Shown one piece after another: positions 39,546-48,617 of a stretch of DNA of 64,000 bases (positions are counted from its first letter, which is position 1; every line of letters begins with the position of its first letter). The notes beneath the pieces are model-generated. The model made no database searches. It was given only the letters and a program-made list of their open reading frames with translations, and was not told the DNA's origin. The translations under genes were made by a program, and so were the position numbers. Origin of the DNA: Marinilabiliales bacterium (GTDB taxonomy: Bacteria; Bacteroidota; Bacteroidia; Bacteroidales; SZUA-534); assembly GCA_003512955.1 (NCBI GenBank), contig DOTG01000028.1, positions 122,275-186,274 of the forward strand. Direction: 5' to 3'.

Positions 39546-41084
39546 TTGATTATGAAAAGTAAAAGAGGCCCTTTGGTATTGTTCTTCATTATTGCCCTTT
39601 TCGCGCTCCTGGCCTATTTCGGTAAGATATTCTTGTTCGATAAAAAGCAGGCGGATACTTCCGATGCAAAAAAAATAACCAAAACTCTTAATTGGGCTGG
39701 CGATAGTTATCTCGGGTATGCCTTTCTGCATTCCGTTGAAATGAAAAAGCAATTGGCCCGGAAAGGCTTTGCACTTAAGTTTGACGATGATGGCGGCAAT
39801 TATGAACAACGCCTTGAAAAATTTAATGATGGGGCTTACGATTTTATTGTATTGCCCATCAATTCATACATTGAACATGGAATGAAATTCAAATTCCCGG
39901 GAGTAATTGTTTCCGCCATCTGCGAATCGAAAGGTGCCGATGCCATTGTTGGTTTTTCCGACGTACTGCCTAACCAGAAAATTAATGATTTAAATAACAG
40001 TAACCTGGTTATTTATTACACGGGTAAATCGCCAAGTGCCTTTTTACTGGACTTGACCATCTCCGATTTTGATTTGGATAACCTGGAAAACGATGCCTCC
40101 TGGCGGCACGAGTTAGGTGGCTCAGCAGAGGTTTATAAAAAAGCTAAGGAAGCCACCAAAGACCGTAATGTAGGCGATGCTTTTGTTATGTGGGAACCCG
40201 ATGTGTCAAGGGCAATCAATAAATTGGGTATGAAGAAACTATGGGGAAGCGACAAATTCTCTGGTTACATTATTGATGTGATTGTTTTTCACCGCGATGC
40301 TGTTGCAAAAAACCCGGAAAGCATCAGCACTCTTTTAAAAACCTACTTCAGGGTTTTAAATTATTATGAATCGCGAACCGATGAGATGACTGAGCAACTT
40401 GCAAATATTAGTAAAATTGACAATTCCGAAGTGGAAACCATGATTAAAAATATAGAATGGTTCTCGTTATCTCAAAATTGTCAACAATTATTTGATATAC
40501 CAATGGCCATAGGCATGCCATCAAACGATGGTATCATCAATTCCATTTATGCTTGTTCCGATGTCATGCGCCGTGTAAAAACCATTGATCAGGATATAGA
40601 CGATCCATTCCGATTGATCAACAGTTCATTTTTAGAAGAAATAAAATCCTCAGAAACCTCAAGCGGGAGCCAATCAACTGTTAAGAGTTTTAATGTGTTA
40701 TCGGACAAAGAATGGACAAAGCTAAACGAAATCGGTACCATGAGAGTGGAACCAGTCACATTCCAAAGCGGCACCAGCCAGCTCGATTACCAAGGTGAGG
40801 AAATTGTTGATAAAGTAGCTCTTATGCTTCTCAACAATTATCCCGATTACCGGGTGGTCATCCGGGGCCATACCGGCAAAGGAGACGAAGAAGCCAATAT
40901 GAAACTTTCCACCGAAAGAGCCAATGTTGTCCGGAGCAGGTTAATCGCAGTACATGGGGTTGACCCTAACCGGCTTTTATCAAAAGGTTTAGGGGATAAG
41001 TATCCCCCGGTTCAAAAAGCTGGCGAGAATATCCGGGCGTTCTACTTACGTTGGGCAAGAGTTGAGTTTGTATTGATGCAATAA
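39546..41084 (+). CDS. membrane-anchored NMT1/SsuA-like substrate-binding domain fused to a C-terminal OmpA-like domain
   Basis: N-terminal TM anchor LVLFFIIALFALLAYF. SBP-like half (SKGADAIVGFSD motif). C-terminal FQSGTSQL...VVIRGHTGKGDEEANMKLSTERANVVRSRL...ARVEFVLMQ. Confidence 0.65.
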   Translation: MIMKSKRGPLVLFFIIALFALLAYFGKIFLFDKKQADTSDAKKITKTLNWAGDSYLGYAFLHSVEMKKQLARKGFALKFDDDGGNYEQRLEKFNDGAYDFIVLPINSYIEHGMKFKFPGVIVSAICESKGADAIVGFSDVLPNQKINDLNNSNLVIYYTGKSPSAFLLDLTISDFDLDNLENDASWRHELGGSAEVYKKAKEATKDRNVGDAFVMWEPDVSRAINKLGMKKLWGSDKFSGYIIDVIVFHRDAVAKNPESISTLLKTYFRVLNYYESRTDEMTEQLANISKIDNSEVETMIKNIEWFSLSQNCQQLFDIPMAIGMPSNDGIINSIYACSDVMRRVKTIDQDIDDPFRLINSSFLEEIKSSETSSGSQSTVKSFNVLSDKEWTKLNEIGTMRVEPVTFQSGTSQLDYQGEEIVDKVALMLLNNYPDYRVVIRGHTGKGDEEANMKLSTERANVVRSRLIAVHGVDPNRLLSKGLGDKYPPVQKAGENIRAFYLRWARVEFVLMQ

Positions 41085-41101
41085 TCCAGTTTTTTAATCC
41101 G

Positions 41102-41929
41102 ATGGAAGATACCAAAAACAAAATACCAACTTCGCAAGATTTTACCCAAAAAGCCATAAAAAAAGCTCTAATGGATACGGCACTCGACCATTGGAGTTTC
41201 AGGTATTCGTTACCGGCTATTGCTGGAACTGGAATTGTTGGCGCGTTATTTGGTTTTTCATATCCAATTTTTCTTGTCATGTTGGGTATTTTGGGAGGTT
41301 CCGCCTCCTCTTTTGTTTACAATACCCTATTCAAAGGTCAAACTTTTGAAAAAAAGTATGTTGAAAACCTCCATAAAATTATTGATAAACATACAGAAGA
41401 GAAACGGAAAAACCTGAAAGAAGATTTACTGGAATTTAAAAATTTACATGGAGCACGTCAATTGGAACAATTCGATCAGAAATTTGAAGTATTGGTTGAA
41501 GTCCTTAACCAGAAATTTGACTCATCTCAACTAACGTATCAGCGATATTATGGAATAGCCAAAGAGGTTTATCTTTCAGGCATTGACAACCTCAACCGTA
41601 TCATGATAGCTTCAAAAACAATGAATTCCATTGATTTAGATTATATTGATACTACTTTGAAAGAGGTTTCCAAAAAAGACCAAAACAATATGGCCGTTAA
41701 AAAAGAGATGGAGGCATTACAACGGAGCCGGGAATCGTATTACAATCTAAAAAATAAAATTGATGAAATATTGGCTGAAAATGAAGCCGCCCTTACCCAG
41801 ATAGACCAAACGACTATTGCTATTTCTGAAATCACCCGAAGTAAAAACAACGAGGCTCAAATGGGCATGGAAAACTCCATGCAGGCGCTTGAAGAAATGG
41901 CCATGCGTTCAACTTATTATTCACGTTAA
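41102..41929 (+). CDS. two-TM coiled-coil protein, XpaC-like (5-bromo-4-chloroindolyl phosphate hydrolysis protein family) candidate
   Basis: Two adjacent TM helices (LPAIAGTGIVGALFGF / IFLVMLGILGGSASSFVY) followed by a long helical region. Its position immediately upstream of telA mirrors B. subtilis xpaC-yaaN. The family call rests on architecture and synteny only. Confidence 0.45.
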   Translation: MEDTKNKIPTSQDFTQKAIKKALMDTALDHWSFRYSLPAIAGTGIVGALFGFSYPIFLVMLGILGGSASSFVYNTLFKGQTFEKKYVENLHKIIDKHTEEKRKNLKEDLLEFKNLHGARQLEQFDQKFEVLVEVLNQKFDSSQLTYQRYYGIAKEVYLSGIDNLNRIMIASKTMNSIDLDYIDTTLKEVSKKDQNNMAVKKEMEALQRSRESYYNLKNKIDEILAENEAALTQIDQTTIAISEITRSKNNEAQMGMENSMQALEEMAMRSTYYSR

Positions 41930-41945
41930 TTAAACCCAATTTATT

Positions 41946-43187
41946 ATGGAACCAAATCCTCAAAAAGAACAATCTACAGCTACTGAGACACTAACCTTCG
42001 ATACAAAAGAAGATGCCCTAAAACTCAATACCATTCCCACAGAATCGGAAATTGAAAAAGAGCTGGGATTATCGCCAGCAATTATTGAAACTGTAGATCC
42101 GGCAATCGACGCTAAAACCGATCAGCTTGTCGATGATTTATTATCGGATAAGTTGAATGATTTTACAAAAAAAAGGTATGTCAATGAAATGGGTATCAAA
42201 TTCCAAAATTCCCTGGCCAACCACAGCAAGATACTTGACCAGTCAGTTAAAACACTTTCAAATACTCAAGATGGTGGTCCTGTGGCAAAAAGCTTGCTGG
42301 ATTTGCGCAACCAGGTTGAAGACCTAAACCCGCGTCATTATGATTTATCGAGCCCTCAGGGCGCCATTGCAAAATTTTTCCGAAATATCCTGGGCAAGAA
42401 AAACCCCATCAGCCGCTATTTTGAAAAATACGAATCGGCCCAGCATGTTATTGGTGACATTATTGAAAACCTGAAAGCTGGCAGGGATCAACTGATGGAT
42501 GATAACCAGACTTTAGAGTTCGACAAAAAGAGCATGCGCGATAGCCTCGATGGCCTTAAACGTGCCATTCAAATTGGCGAACATCTATATAAGAAACTGG
42601 AGCATAAATTGAAAACAGATGTGGAAGCTGAATCCGAAAAATACCGTTTCATTCAGGAAGAATTGCTATTTCCATTAAACCAGCGCATTATCGATTTACA
42701 AACAACTCTAGCCGTAAACCAGCAAGGGGTTATTTCATACGATTTATTGGTACGCAATAATAATGAGTTAATAACCGGGGTGAACCGCACAGTAACCATA
42801 ACAGCCAGTGCACTTCGTATAGCAGTTACTACCCGGTTGGCACTGAATAAACAACGGCAGGTGCTCGAAGCCAAAAAGAAAATTGATCAGACTACTTCCG
42901 ATTTAATTGCCGATAACGCGAATTTATTGCAGACTCAAGGAGTTGAAATCCAAAAAATGGCCTCTGAGTCAACCATTAATGTTGATAAACTGGCTATGGC
43001 ATTTGAGTCGCTCAATCAGGCTATGGACGAAATCAGCAGCTTCCGCAGGGAGTCACTTCCCGCGATGCGCGAAACCATATCCAAATTTAAAAACCTGACT
43101 GACGAAGCAAGTAAAACCATTGAAAGGATGGAAAAAGGCTCTGCAGCTAAAGATAACGTGATACTTGATATCACTGCATTAGAATAA
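41946..43187 (+). CDS. telA: TelA/YaaN family (toxic anion resistance) protein
   Basis: 413 aa, all-helical. LLDLRNQVEDLNP ... FEKYESAQHVIGDIIENLKAGRDQLMDDNQTLE ... and the later segments track B. subtilis YaaN/TelA along the whole length. Confidence 0.85.
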   Translation: MEPNPQKEQSTATETLTFDTKEDALKLNTIPTESEIEKELGLSPAIIETVDPAIDAKTDQLVDDLLSDKLNDFTKKRYVNEMGIKFQNSLANHSKILDQSVKTLSNTQDGGPVAKSLLDLRNQVEDLNPRHYDLSSPQGAIAKFFRNILGKKNPISRYFEKYESAQHVIGDIIENLKAGRDQLMDDNQTLEFDKKSMRDSLDGLKRAIQIGEHLYKKLEHKLKTDVEAESEKYRFIQEELLFPLNQRIIDLQTTLAVNQQGVISYDLLVRNNNELITGVNRTVTITASALRIAVTTRLALNKQRQVLEAKKKIDQTTSDLIADNANLLQTQGVEIQKMASESTINVDKLAMAFESLNQAMDEISSFRRESLPAMRETISKFKNLTDEASKTIERMEKGSAAKDNVILDITALE

Positions 43188-43223
43188 AAAATCCAATAAT
43201 TTAACTAAATAAATTTTAAAAAA

Positions 43224-44294
43224 ATGAAAAAGCAAAACATCAATTTCTGGATATTAGCTTTAGTGATGACCGCAGTTACCGCTTTTCAACCACTAAATGC
43301 ACAAAAAAAGACTTCCTTTAAAGTAGCATGGTCCATCTACGCAGGGTGGAACCCATGGGATTATGCAAGTAAATCAGGCATTCTGGATACTTGGGCAAAA
43401 AAGTATGGGGTGGAAATTAAGTTGGTAAAAATGGATTACATAGCCTCTATTGAAGCTTATACCAGCGGCGAAGTGGATGCTTGCGTCATGACCAATATGG
43501 ATGCACTTACCATACCCGTTGCATCAGGTATTGAAAGCACAGCTGTAATCTTAGGTGATTTTTCAAACGGAAATGATGCCATTCTTGTACGCAATAACCT
43601 GACTATACCTGATTTGGTTGGCAGAAAGGTTAGTCTGGTCGAGTTTTCCGTATCGCACTACCTTCTTTCACGTGCTTTAGATATGAGCAAAATGAAAGAT
43701 ACCGATGTAAAAGTAATTAATGTAAGCGATAGCGACATCGCACCTGCTTTTGTATCTAACTCTGAACAAGAAGCTGTAGTAACTTGGAATCCTTTAGTTA
43801 TGGAAATAATGCAGACTCCGGGTGTCACAAAAATATTTGATTCTTCGCAAATTCCTGGCGAAATCCTCGATCTGATGATGGTAAATTCAAAAACCTTAAA
43901 AGATAACCCAGACCTGGCCAAAGCATTAAACGGAGCATGGTTCGAGGTAATGGGAATCATGAGTACCCGCGGGCCTAAAGCCGACAATGCCATGGAAATG
44001 ATGGCCAAGGCAGGAGGTTCATCTTTAACTGAATATAAAGCCCAGCTTAAAACTACAGCCATGTTCTACAAAGCATCCGATGCTATTACATACATGGCTG
44101 GTGACGAAATCCAGGGGAATATGAAAAAGGTGCGTAATTTCTGTTTCAAATATAAATTACTCGGCGATAGGGTAAAATCGGCCGAAGATTTAGGCATCTC
44201 TTTTCCGGGTGGAATAATTATTGGTAATGCCAGCAATGTAATGTTCCATTTCGATGACTCATTTATGAAACTGGCAGCCGAAAATAAATTATAG
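43224..44294 (+). CDS. ABC transporter substrate-binding protein, NitT/TauT (NMT1/SsuA-like) family
   Basis: Signal peptide. FKVAWSIYAGWNPW...SNGNDAILVRNN... Paralogous to the SBP halves of 37018 and 39546. Sits upstream of the permease and ATPase. Confidence 0.8.
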   Translation: MKKQNINFWILALVMTAVTAFQPLNAQKKTSFKVAWSIYAGWNPWDYASKSGILDTWAKKYGVEIKLVKMDYIASIEAYTSGEVDACVMTNMDALTIPVASGIESTAVILGDFSNGNDAILVRNNLTIPDLVGRKVSLVEFSVSHYLLSRALDMSKMKDTDVKVINVSDSDIAPAFVSNSEQEAVVTWNPLVMEIMQTPGVTKIFDSSQIPGEILDLMMVNSKTLKDNPDLAKALNGAWFEVMGIMSTRGPKADNAMEMMAKAGGSSLTEYKAQLKTTAMFYKASDAITYMAGDEIQGNMKKVRNFCFKYKLLGDRVKSAEDLGISFPGGIIIGNASNVMFHFDDSFMKLAAENKL

Positions 44295-44298
44295 CTAT

Positions 44299-44434
44299 AA
44301 AAAGGCTGTCTAAAAAGTATTAATTATCTAATCAATAGTCACGGCGTGAATTTCTTATTAACAGATTATATGTGTTTTAGCATTTAATTTATTAAAAAAT
44401 ATATTCACTCCGTGACTTTTTAGAGAGCCTCTTT
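44299..44434. repeat. composite palindromic element (AGTCAYCGGWTGAAT family), copy 2, inside the operon
   Basis: Inner arms AGTCACGGCGTGAAT (44337-44351) / ATTCACTCCGTGACT (44403-44417). Outer arms AAAGGCTGTCTAAAAAGT (44301-44318) / ACTTTTTAGAGAGCCTCTTT (44415-44434). Confidence 0.75.
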
Positions 44435-44462
44435 AACTTTATACGCAGTAAAAAACTAGCAT

Positions 44463-45368
44463 ATGTTCTTCAATATCAATGCAAAACCTTCTAAATGGTC
44501 AACTATAACTCTTGGATTGGTCTTGTTCGGAATCAGCATCCTTATATATGGAATTGCTTCATACAACCGGCACAAAGAAAACCCGAGCGATAAGCTGATC
44601 CCCACTGCCGGGCAAATGGCCGAAAGTTTTAGAAAAGCTATTTTCCAGCCTGTAATCACCGAAGAATATGATGAAGAGGGAGAACTAATAGTAACAGATC
44701 AACCCCGTACGTTAAAAGAGGCCTATAAAGCCGGTCGGCTCAAAGAAATGCTAAAGAATGGAGAATGGCAATTGTGGAAAGATACCAAAGCAAGTGGATA
44801 CCGGGTTTTAATTGCTGTTCTTTTCATCTTTATAGGGATTTTGCTTGGCCTTTATATGGGAATGTTCCCCTATCTTGAAAAATTACTATACCGTTTTGTC
44901 CTGTTCTTCGATAAAATTCCAGCACTGGCAATTTTGCCCATCCTTTTTATCATCTTTGGTTTAGGAGAAACGGCCAAAATAGCATTAATTGTTATCGGGG
45001 TGGCTCCTACCCTAATTCTCGATACTTACCTAAGAGTTAAAGAAATACCAAAAGAGCAGATTACCAAAGGACAAACCCTGAATGCAAGTACCCATGAAAT
45101 AATTTATAAAATTGTGTTTCCCCAGATTTTTCCTAAAATCCTCGATACATTCCGTTTAAATTTCAAAGCCATTATCCTGTTTTTAATTGCCGGTGAAGCT
45201 TTAGCTGCCGAGGCTGGATTGGGTTACCGGATATTTGTGGTCCGCAGGTATATGGATATGGCCACCATCATTCCATACGTAATTTGGATAAGTCTATTTG
45301 CTTTTTTTATCGATTATTTACTGAGGCGGTGGATCGACAAACGGTTTAAGTGGCTTGAAAATAATTAA
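44463..45368 (+). CDS. ABC transporter permease, NitT/TauT family
   Basis: Six predicted TM segments. BPD_transp_1-type region (AKIALIVIGVAPTLILDTYLRVKEIPKEQITKGQTLNAS). An unusually long acidic loop after TM1. Confidence 0.85.
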   Translation: MFFNINAKPSKWSTITLGLVLFGISILIYGIASYNRHKENPSDKLIPTAGQMAESFRKAIFQPVITEEYDEEGELIVTDQPRTLKEAYKAGRLKEMLKNGEWQLWKDTKASGYRVLIAVLFIFIGILLGLYMGMFPYLEKLLYRFVLFFDKIPALAILPILFIIFGLGETAKIALIVIGVAPTLILDTYLRVKEIPKEQITKGQTLNASTHEIIYKIVFPQIFPKILDTFRLNFKAIILFLIAGEALAAEAGLGYRIFVVRRYMDMATIIPYVIWISLFAFFIDYLLRRWIDKRFKWLENN

Positions 45369-45413
45369 CTTACATATATAAAAAATGCCTCAAGAATACC
45401 TAAAACTAAAAAT

Positions 45414-46292
45414 ATGTCACCCTATATTATCTCTTTAAAAAATGCCAGCCAGCAATATGATGGGCGGGTTATCCTGGATGGTATCAACATACAAATCAGA
45501 AAAGGAGAATTTGTAACTGTAGTTGGCCCCACAGGGTGTGGAAAATCAACTACACTCCGTTTAATATTAGGCGCTGAGTTACCTTCACATGGCGAAGTAA
45601 CTATTAATGGGGAAACTTTGGATCGTCCCAATAGGGATAGAGGTATTGTATTCCAGAAATATTCGCTTTTCCCGCATAAAACAGTCCGTGAAAATGTCAT
45701 GTTCGGATTGGAATTGGAGCTTTTCAACCTATTCGATCCCATAATGCGCACCAGAAAATGGATGCAAAAACGGAAGGAATTCCGCCGCGAAGCCGATATA
45801 TATCTGGAAAGAGTGCGGTTGATTGAACATGCCGATAAATACCCCAACCAACTCTCAGGAGGCCAAAAACAGCGTGCGGCCATTGCCCAGGCTATGATCA
45901 TGAAGCCACAGGTCCTTTTAATGGACGAACCTTTTGGTGCCCTGGATGAAGGTACCCGTGAAGAAATGCAAGTATTTACCCTGGAACAATGGAAAGAAAC
46001 ACAGCAAACCGTACTATTTGTAACCCATAGTTTGGAAGAGGCTATCTTCATGGGAACCCGTTTAATTGTAATTTCGCAGTATTACAAACATGAAAATGGT
46101 CAGGAAGGTGCCAAAATCGTGAAAGATGTAGAAATTCCCTGGCCCCACCCGCGTTCAACAAAAATCAAAAACATGACAGCTTTCAAAGATTTGATGGAAG
46201 CTATCCGTTACGAAGGATTGAACCCGCTACATTTACAAAATATTGGGAATTTTGATTTATCGCATAAAGATTCAATACGGGATTTGGTTTAA
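45414..46292 (+). CDS. ABC transporter ATP-binding protein, NitT/TauT family
   Basis: Walker A GPTGCGKST, Q-loop, signature LSGGQKQR, Walker B LLMDEPFGALD, H-loop THS. Confidence 0.95.
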   Translation: MSPYIISLKNASQQYDGRVILDGINIQIRKGEFVTVVGPTGCGKSTTLRLILGAELPSHGEVTINGETLDRPNRDRGIVFQKYSLFPHKTVRENVMFGLELELFNLFDPIMRTRKWMQKRKEFRREADIYLERVRLIEHADKYPNQLSGGQKQRAAIAQAMIMKPQVLLMDEPFGALDEGTREEMQVFTLEQWKETQQTVLFVTHSLEEAIFMGTRLIVISQYYKHENGQEGAKIVKDVEIPWPHPRSTKIKNMTAFKDLMEAIRYEGLNPLHLQNIGNFDLSHKDSIRDLV

Positions 46293-46320
46293 AAAATATT
46301 TTACTACTTAACAAACGCAT

Positions 46321-47037
46321 ATGAAAAAATTATTAATAGTATCTCTTTTATTGGGATGGATTACATTGAAAGGACAAAACCTGAGTCCAAATCTAAATGA
46401 TTCACCTTTTATCGAAGTAGTGGGAGTGGCTGAAAAAGAAATAGTTCCTGATGAAATTTATATTTCCATTGTTATTAAAGAACATAATGAGGGCAAAGAA
46501 AATGTTACGATTGAACAACAAGAGATTACTTTAAAAGCAGCTTTAACTGACATTGGAATACCTCTCGAAAATCTCTACTTATCAGATGCCAATTCGAATT
46601 ACTTGAAAGTTAGGCTTGGCAAAAAAGAGGTGATTGCAAAAACTGAATATATCTTAAAAGTTACAGATGCCTTTACAGTTGGAAAAGTTTTTGAAAAACT
46701 AGATATTCTGAATATTCAAGATGCTTGCATCCAAAAGGTGAGTCATTCCAAACTCCAGGAATACAAAAAAGAGATTCGGATTTTAGCCATTAAAGCAGCA
46801 AAAGAAAAAGCAGACTATTTACTTTCTGCCATTGGCGAAAAAACCGGAAATGCTTTAAAAATTAACGAACTAAATCAGAATTCAAACCCATATGAAGTGT
46901 ATGCAAATGTTGTTGATGGACCAAGCAAATTGCAGTCGTTTTCAAGCTCAGATTCCGGATTCGAAAACCAAACCATACAATTCCGGAAAATGAAAATCCA
47001 GACTTCTATTTATGTAAAGTTCTCCATCATTCAATAA
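46321..47037 (+). CDS. SIMPL/DUF541-like periplasmic protein (tentative)
   Basis: Signal peptide. FIEVVGVAEKEIVPDEIYISIVI opening typical of SIMPL-domain proteins. Starts 28 bp after the ATPase stop. Confidence 0.5.
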   Translation: MKKLLIVSLLLGWITLKGQNLSPNLNDSPFIEVVGVAEKEIVPDEIYISIVIKEHNEGKENVTIEQQEITLKAALTDIGIPLENLYLSDANSNYLKVRLGKKEVIAKTEYILKVTDAFTVGKVFEKLDILNIQDACIQKVSHSKLQEYKKEIRILAIKAAKEKADYLLSAIGEKTGNALKINELNQNSNPYEVYANVVDGPSKLQSFSSSDSGFENQTIQFRKMKIQTSIYVKFSIIQ

Positions 47038-47140
47038 AACACTCATCCACCTGAATTCAATTAAAACAACTTGACTTGCATCTATTTATTTCGTAACTTA
47101 TATGGGCATTGATGAATGGTAACCTTTAAACCTTACAGTT

Positions 47141-47539
47141 ATGAAAACAAAGTATCTATGTCCGGAATGCAGGAACAGCATCAACGTAGGTGAGGATATT
47201 GTCCTTGCTGCAAAAAATGAGTATGACCAAAAAGGGATTGTCATGCTCCACACTACACTTGGTAACTATACCAGTAAAGTAAGTTCAGAATTTACGATTG
47301 CCGAAGGCGACAAAATCAGTTTCATCTGTCCTTTATGCCACCACCATCTGGGGAATAAAAAAAATGACAGGTTGGCACGGCTCGTTATGGTTGAGGGCGA
47401 TGGTAAGGAGTTTTACATCATCTTTTCACAGATTTATGGCGAAAAATGCACGTTTAAGCTCGAAGAAAAAGAGGTGAAAGCAACTTATGGGGAACATTTA
47501 AGCCGGTACACCGATCCGGAATGGTTCATGTGGTTCTAG
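47141..47539 (+). CDS. small zinc-ribbon protein (two CxxC pairs), paralog 1
   Basis: CPECRNS ... CPLCHHHL, plus conserved FSQIYGEKC. 132 aa. Roughly half the positions are identical to the next gene. Confidence 0.6.
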   Translation: MKTKYLCPECRNSINVGEDIVLAAKNEYDQKGIVMLHTTLGNYTSKVSSEFTIAEGDKISFICPLCHHHLGNKKNDRLARLVMVEGDGKEFYIIFSQIYGEKCTFKLEEKEVKATYGEHLSRYTDPEWFMWF

Positions 47540-47651
47540 GGATTGAGCCCTTTTTAAACAAAAAATAGTTCCAAAAAAGTTACCTATTGACTGGCGTTTT
47601 TTCTTTTTGTATTTTTTCTTAAACAATTAACTAACCTAAAAACGTTATTCA

Positions 47652-48050
47652 ATGAAAGAAAAATACATCTGCCCAAAATGCCGCAACAGTGTAAATATTG
47701 GCAACCGGATTATCCTCACAGGTAAAACCCGGACCGGACTGAGAGGTATGATAATGATTGAAGGGGAATTGGGGAATTACAACTCCTCCTTTAGCGACGA
47801 CTTCACCATTATTGAAGGAAACCGGGTAAAGTTTATTTGCCCTATTTGCCATTCAAGCCTGTCGAGCTGGAAAAGGAAAAACCTGGCACATTTAATCATG
47901 GTTGAAAATGAAGATACCGAGGCGCACATCTATTTTTCGCAGATTTATGGCGAAAAATGTGCCTATAAGGTCATTGGAAAAGAACTGATCGGAAGTTTCG
48001 GCGAACATAAGGATTTGTACAAACCCGATTGGCTGGTTGAGAATCTGTAA
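47652..48050 (+). CDS. small zinc-ribbon protein (two CxxC pairs), paralog 2
   Basis: CPKCRNS ... CPICHSSL, plus FSQIYGEKC. 132 aa. Tandem duplicate of 47141..47539. Confidence 0.6.
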   Translation: MKEKYICPKCRNSVNIGNRIILTGKTRTGLRGMIMIEGELGNYNSSFSDDFTIIEGNRVKFICPICHSSLSSWKRKNLAHLIMVENEDTEAHIYFSQIYGEKCAYKVIGKELIGSFGEHKDLYKPDWLVENL

Positions 48051-48061
48051 ACAAAGCATAT

Positions 48062-48592
48062 TCAATACAAATACATGATCTTTAAAATAGGATTTGAATA
48101 GGGCGTGGTCGTCGATTCATTCAGGTTCCAGAGCAACATGATCAACATCCGGGAACGTTCCCCAATAGGTTGGACAAATCCTCCCCCAATCAATGGGCTA
48201 TGAACCCAGTACCGGTCTTTTTGGGTTTGCGAAGTATATGGGTTAAAATAGGAATAATCAATGTTTAAAGATTCGAACTCAGCATAAACTACCACGTTTT
48301 CGAAAAAAGTATAGGTTGAAAACAGGCTCCCGCCATAGATCTGCGTGGTAAAGTCCATATCCTGTTTCTTATAAAACTGATAATTCCCTTTAAAACCGAC
48401 TGACCACGATGGAAACGGCCGGTACCCTATAATAGGGGAAACATCGACACCAACCACAGAATACAACTGAAGCCCAAAACCGCCCCCAAAAAAAACTTTG
48501 TCGCTCAACGTCCGCTTTTTACCAATGGCACCCTGACTAAAGACCACCATGGAAAATAGGCAGAAAATCATAAGAATGAACCCTTTTTTCAT
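48062..48592 (-). CDS. small outer-membrane beta-barrel protein
   Basis: Signal peptide MKKGFILMIFCLFSMVVFSQG. Gly/Tyr/Phe-rich strands. 176 aa. Confidence 0.6.
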   Translation of the reverse strand: MKKGFILMIFCLFSMVVFSQGAIGKKRTLSDKVFFGGGFGLQLYSVVGVDVSPIIGYRPFPSWSVGFKGNYQFYKKQDMDFTTQIYGGSLFSTYTFFENVVVYAEFESLNIDYSYFNPYTSQTQKDRYWVHSPLIGGGFVQPIGERSRMLIMLLWNLNESTTTPYSNPILKIMYLY

Positions 48593-48617
48593 CTTGAATT
48601 AGTTATTTATAAACCAA

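Noticed and set aside
43658-44062. 134-aa minus-strand ORF
   Set aside because: Antisense to the ABC substrate-binding protein gene, which is well supported by paralogy and operon context.
45422-46051. 209-aa ORF on the minus strand
   Set aside because: It is fully antisense to the ABC ATPase, whose plus-strand frame carries complete Walker A/B and signature motifs. The antisense product has no recognisable features.
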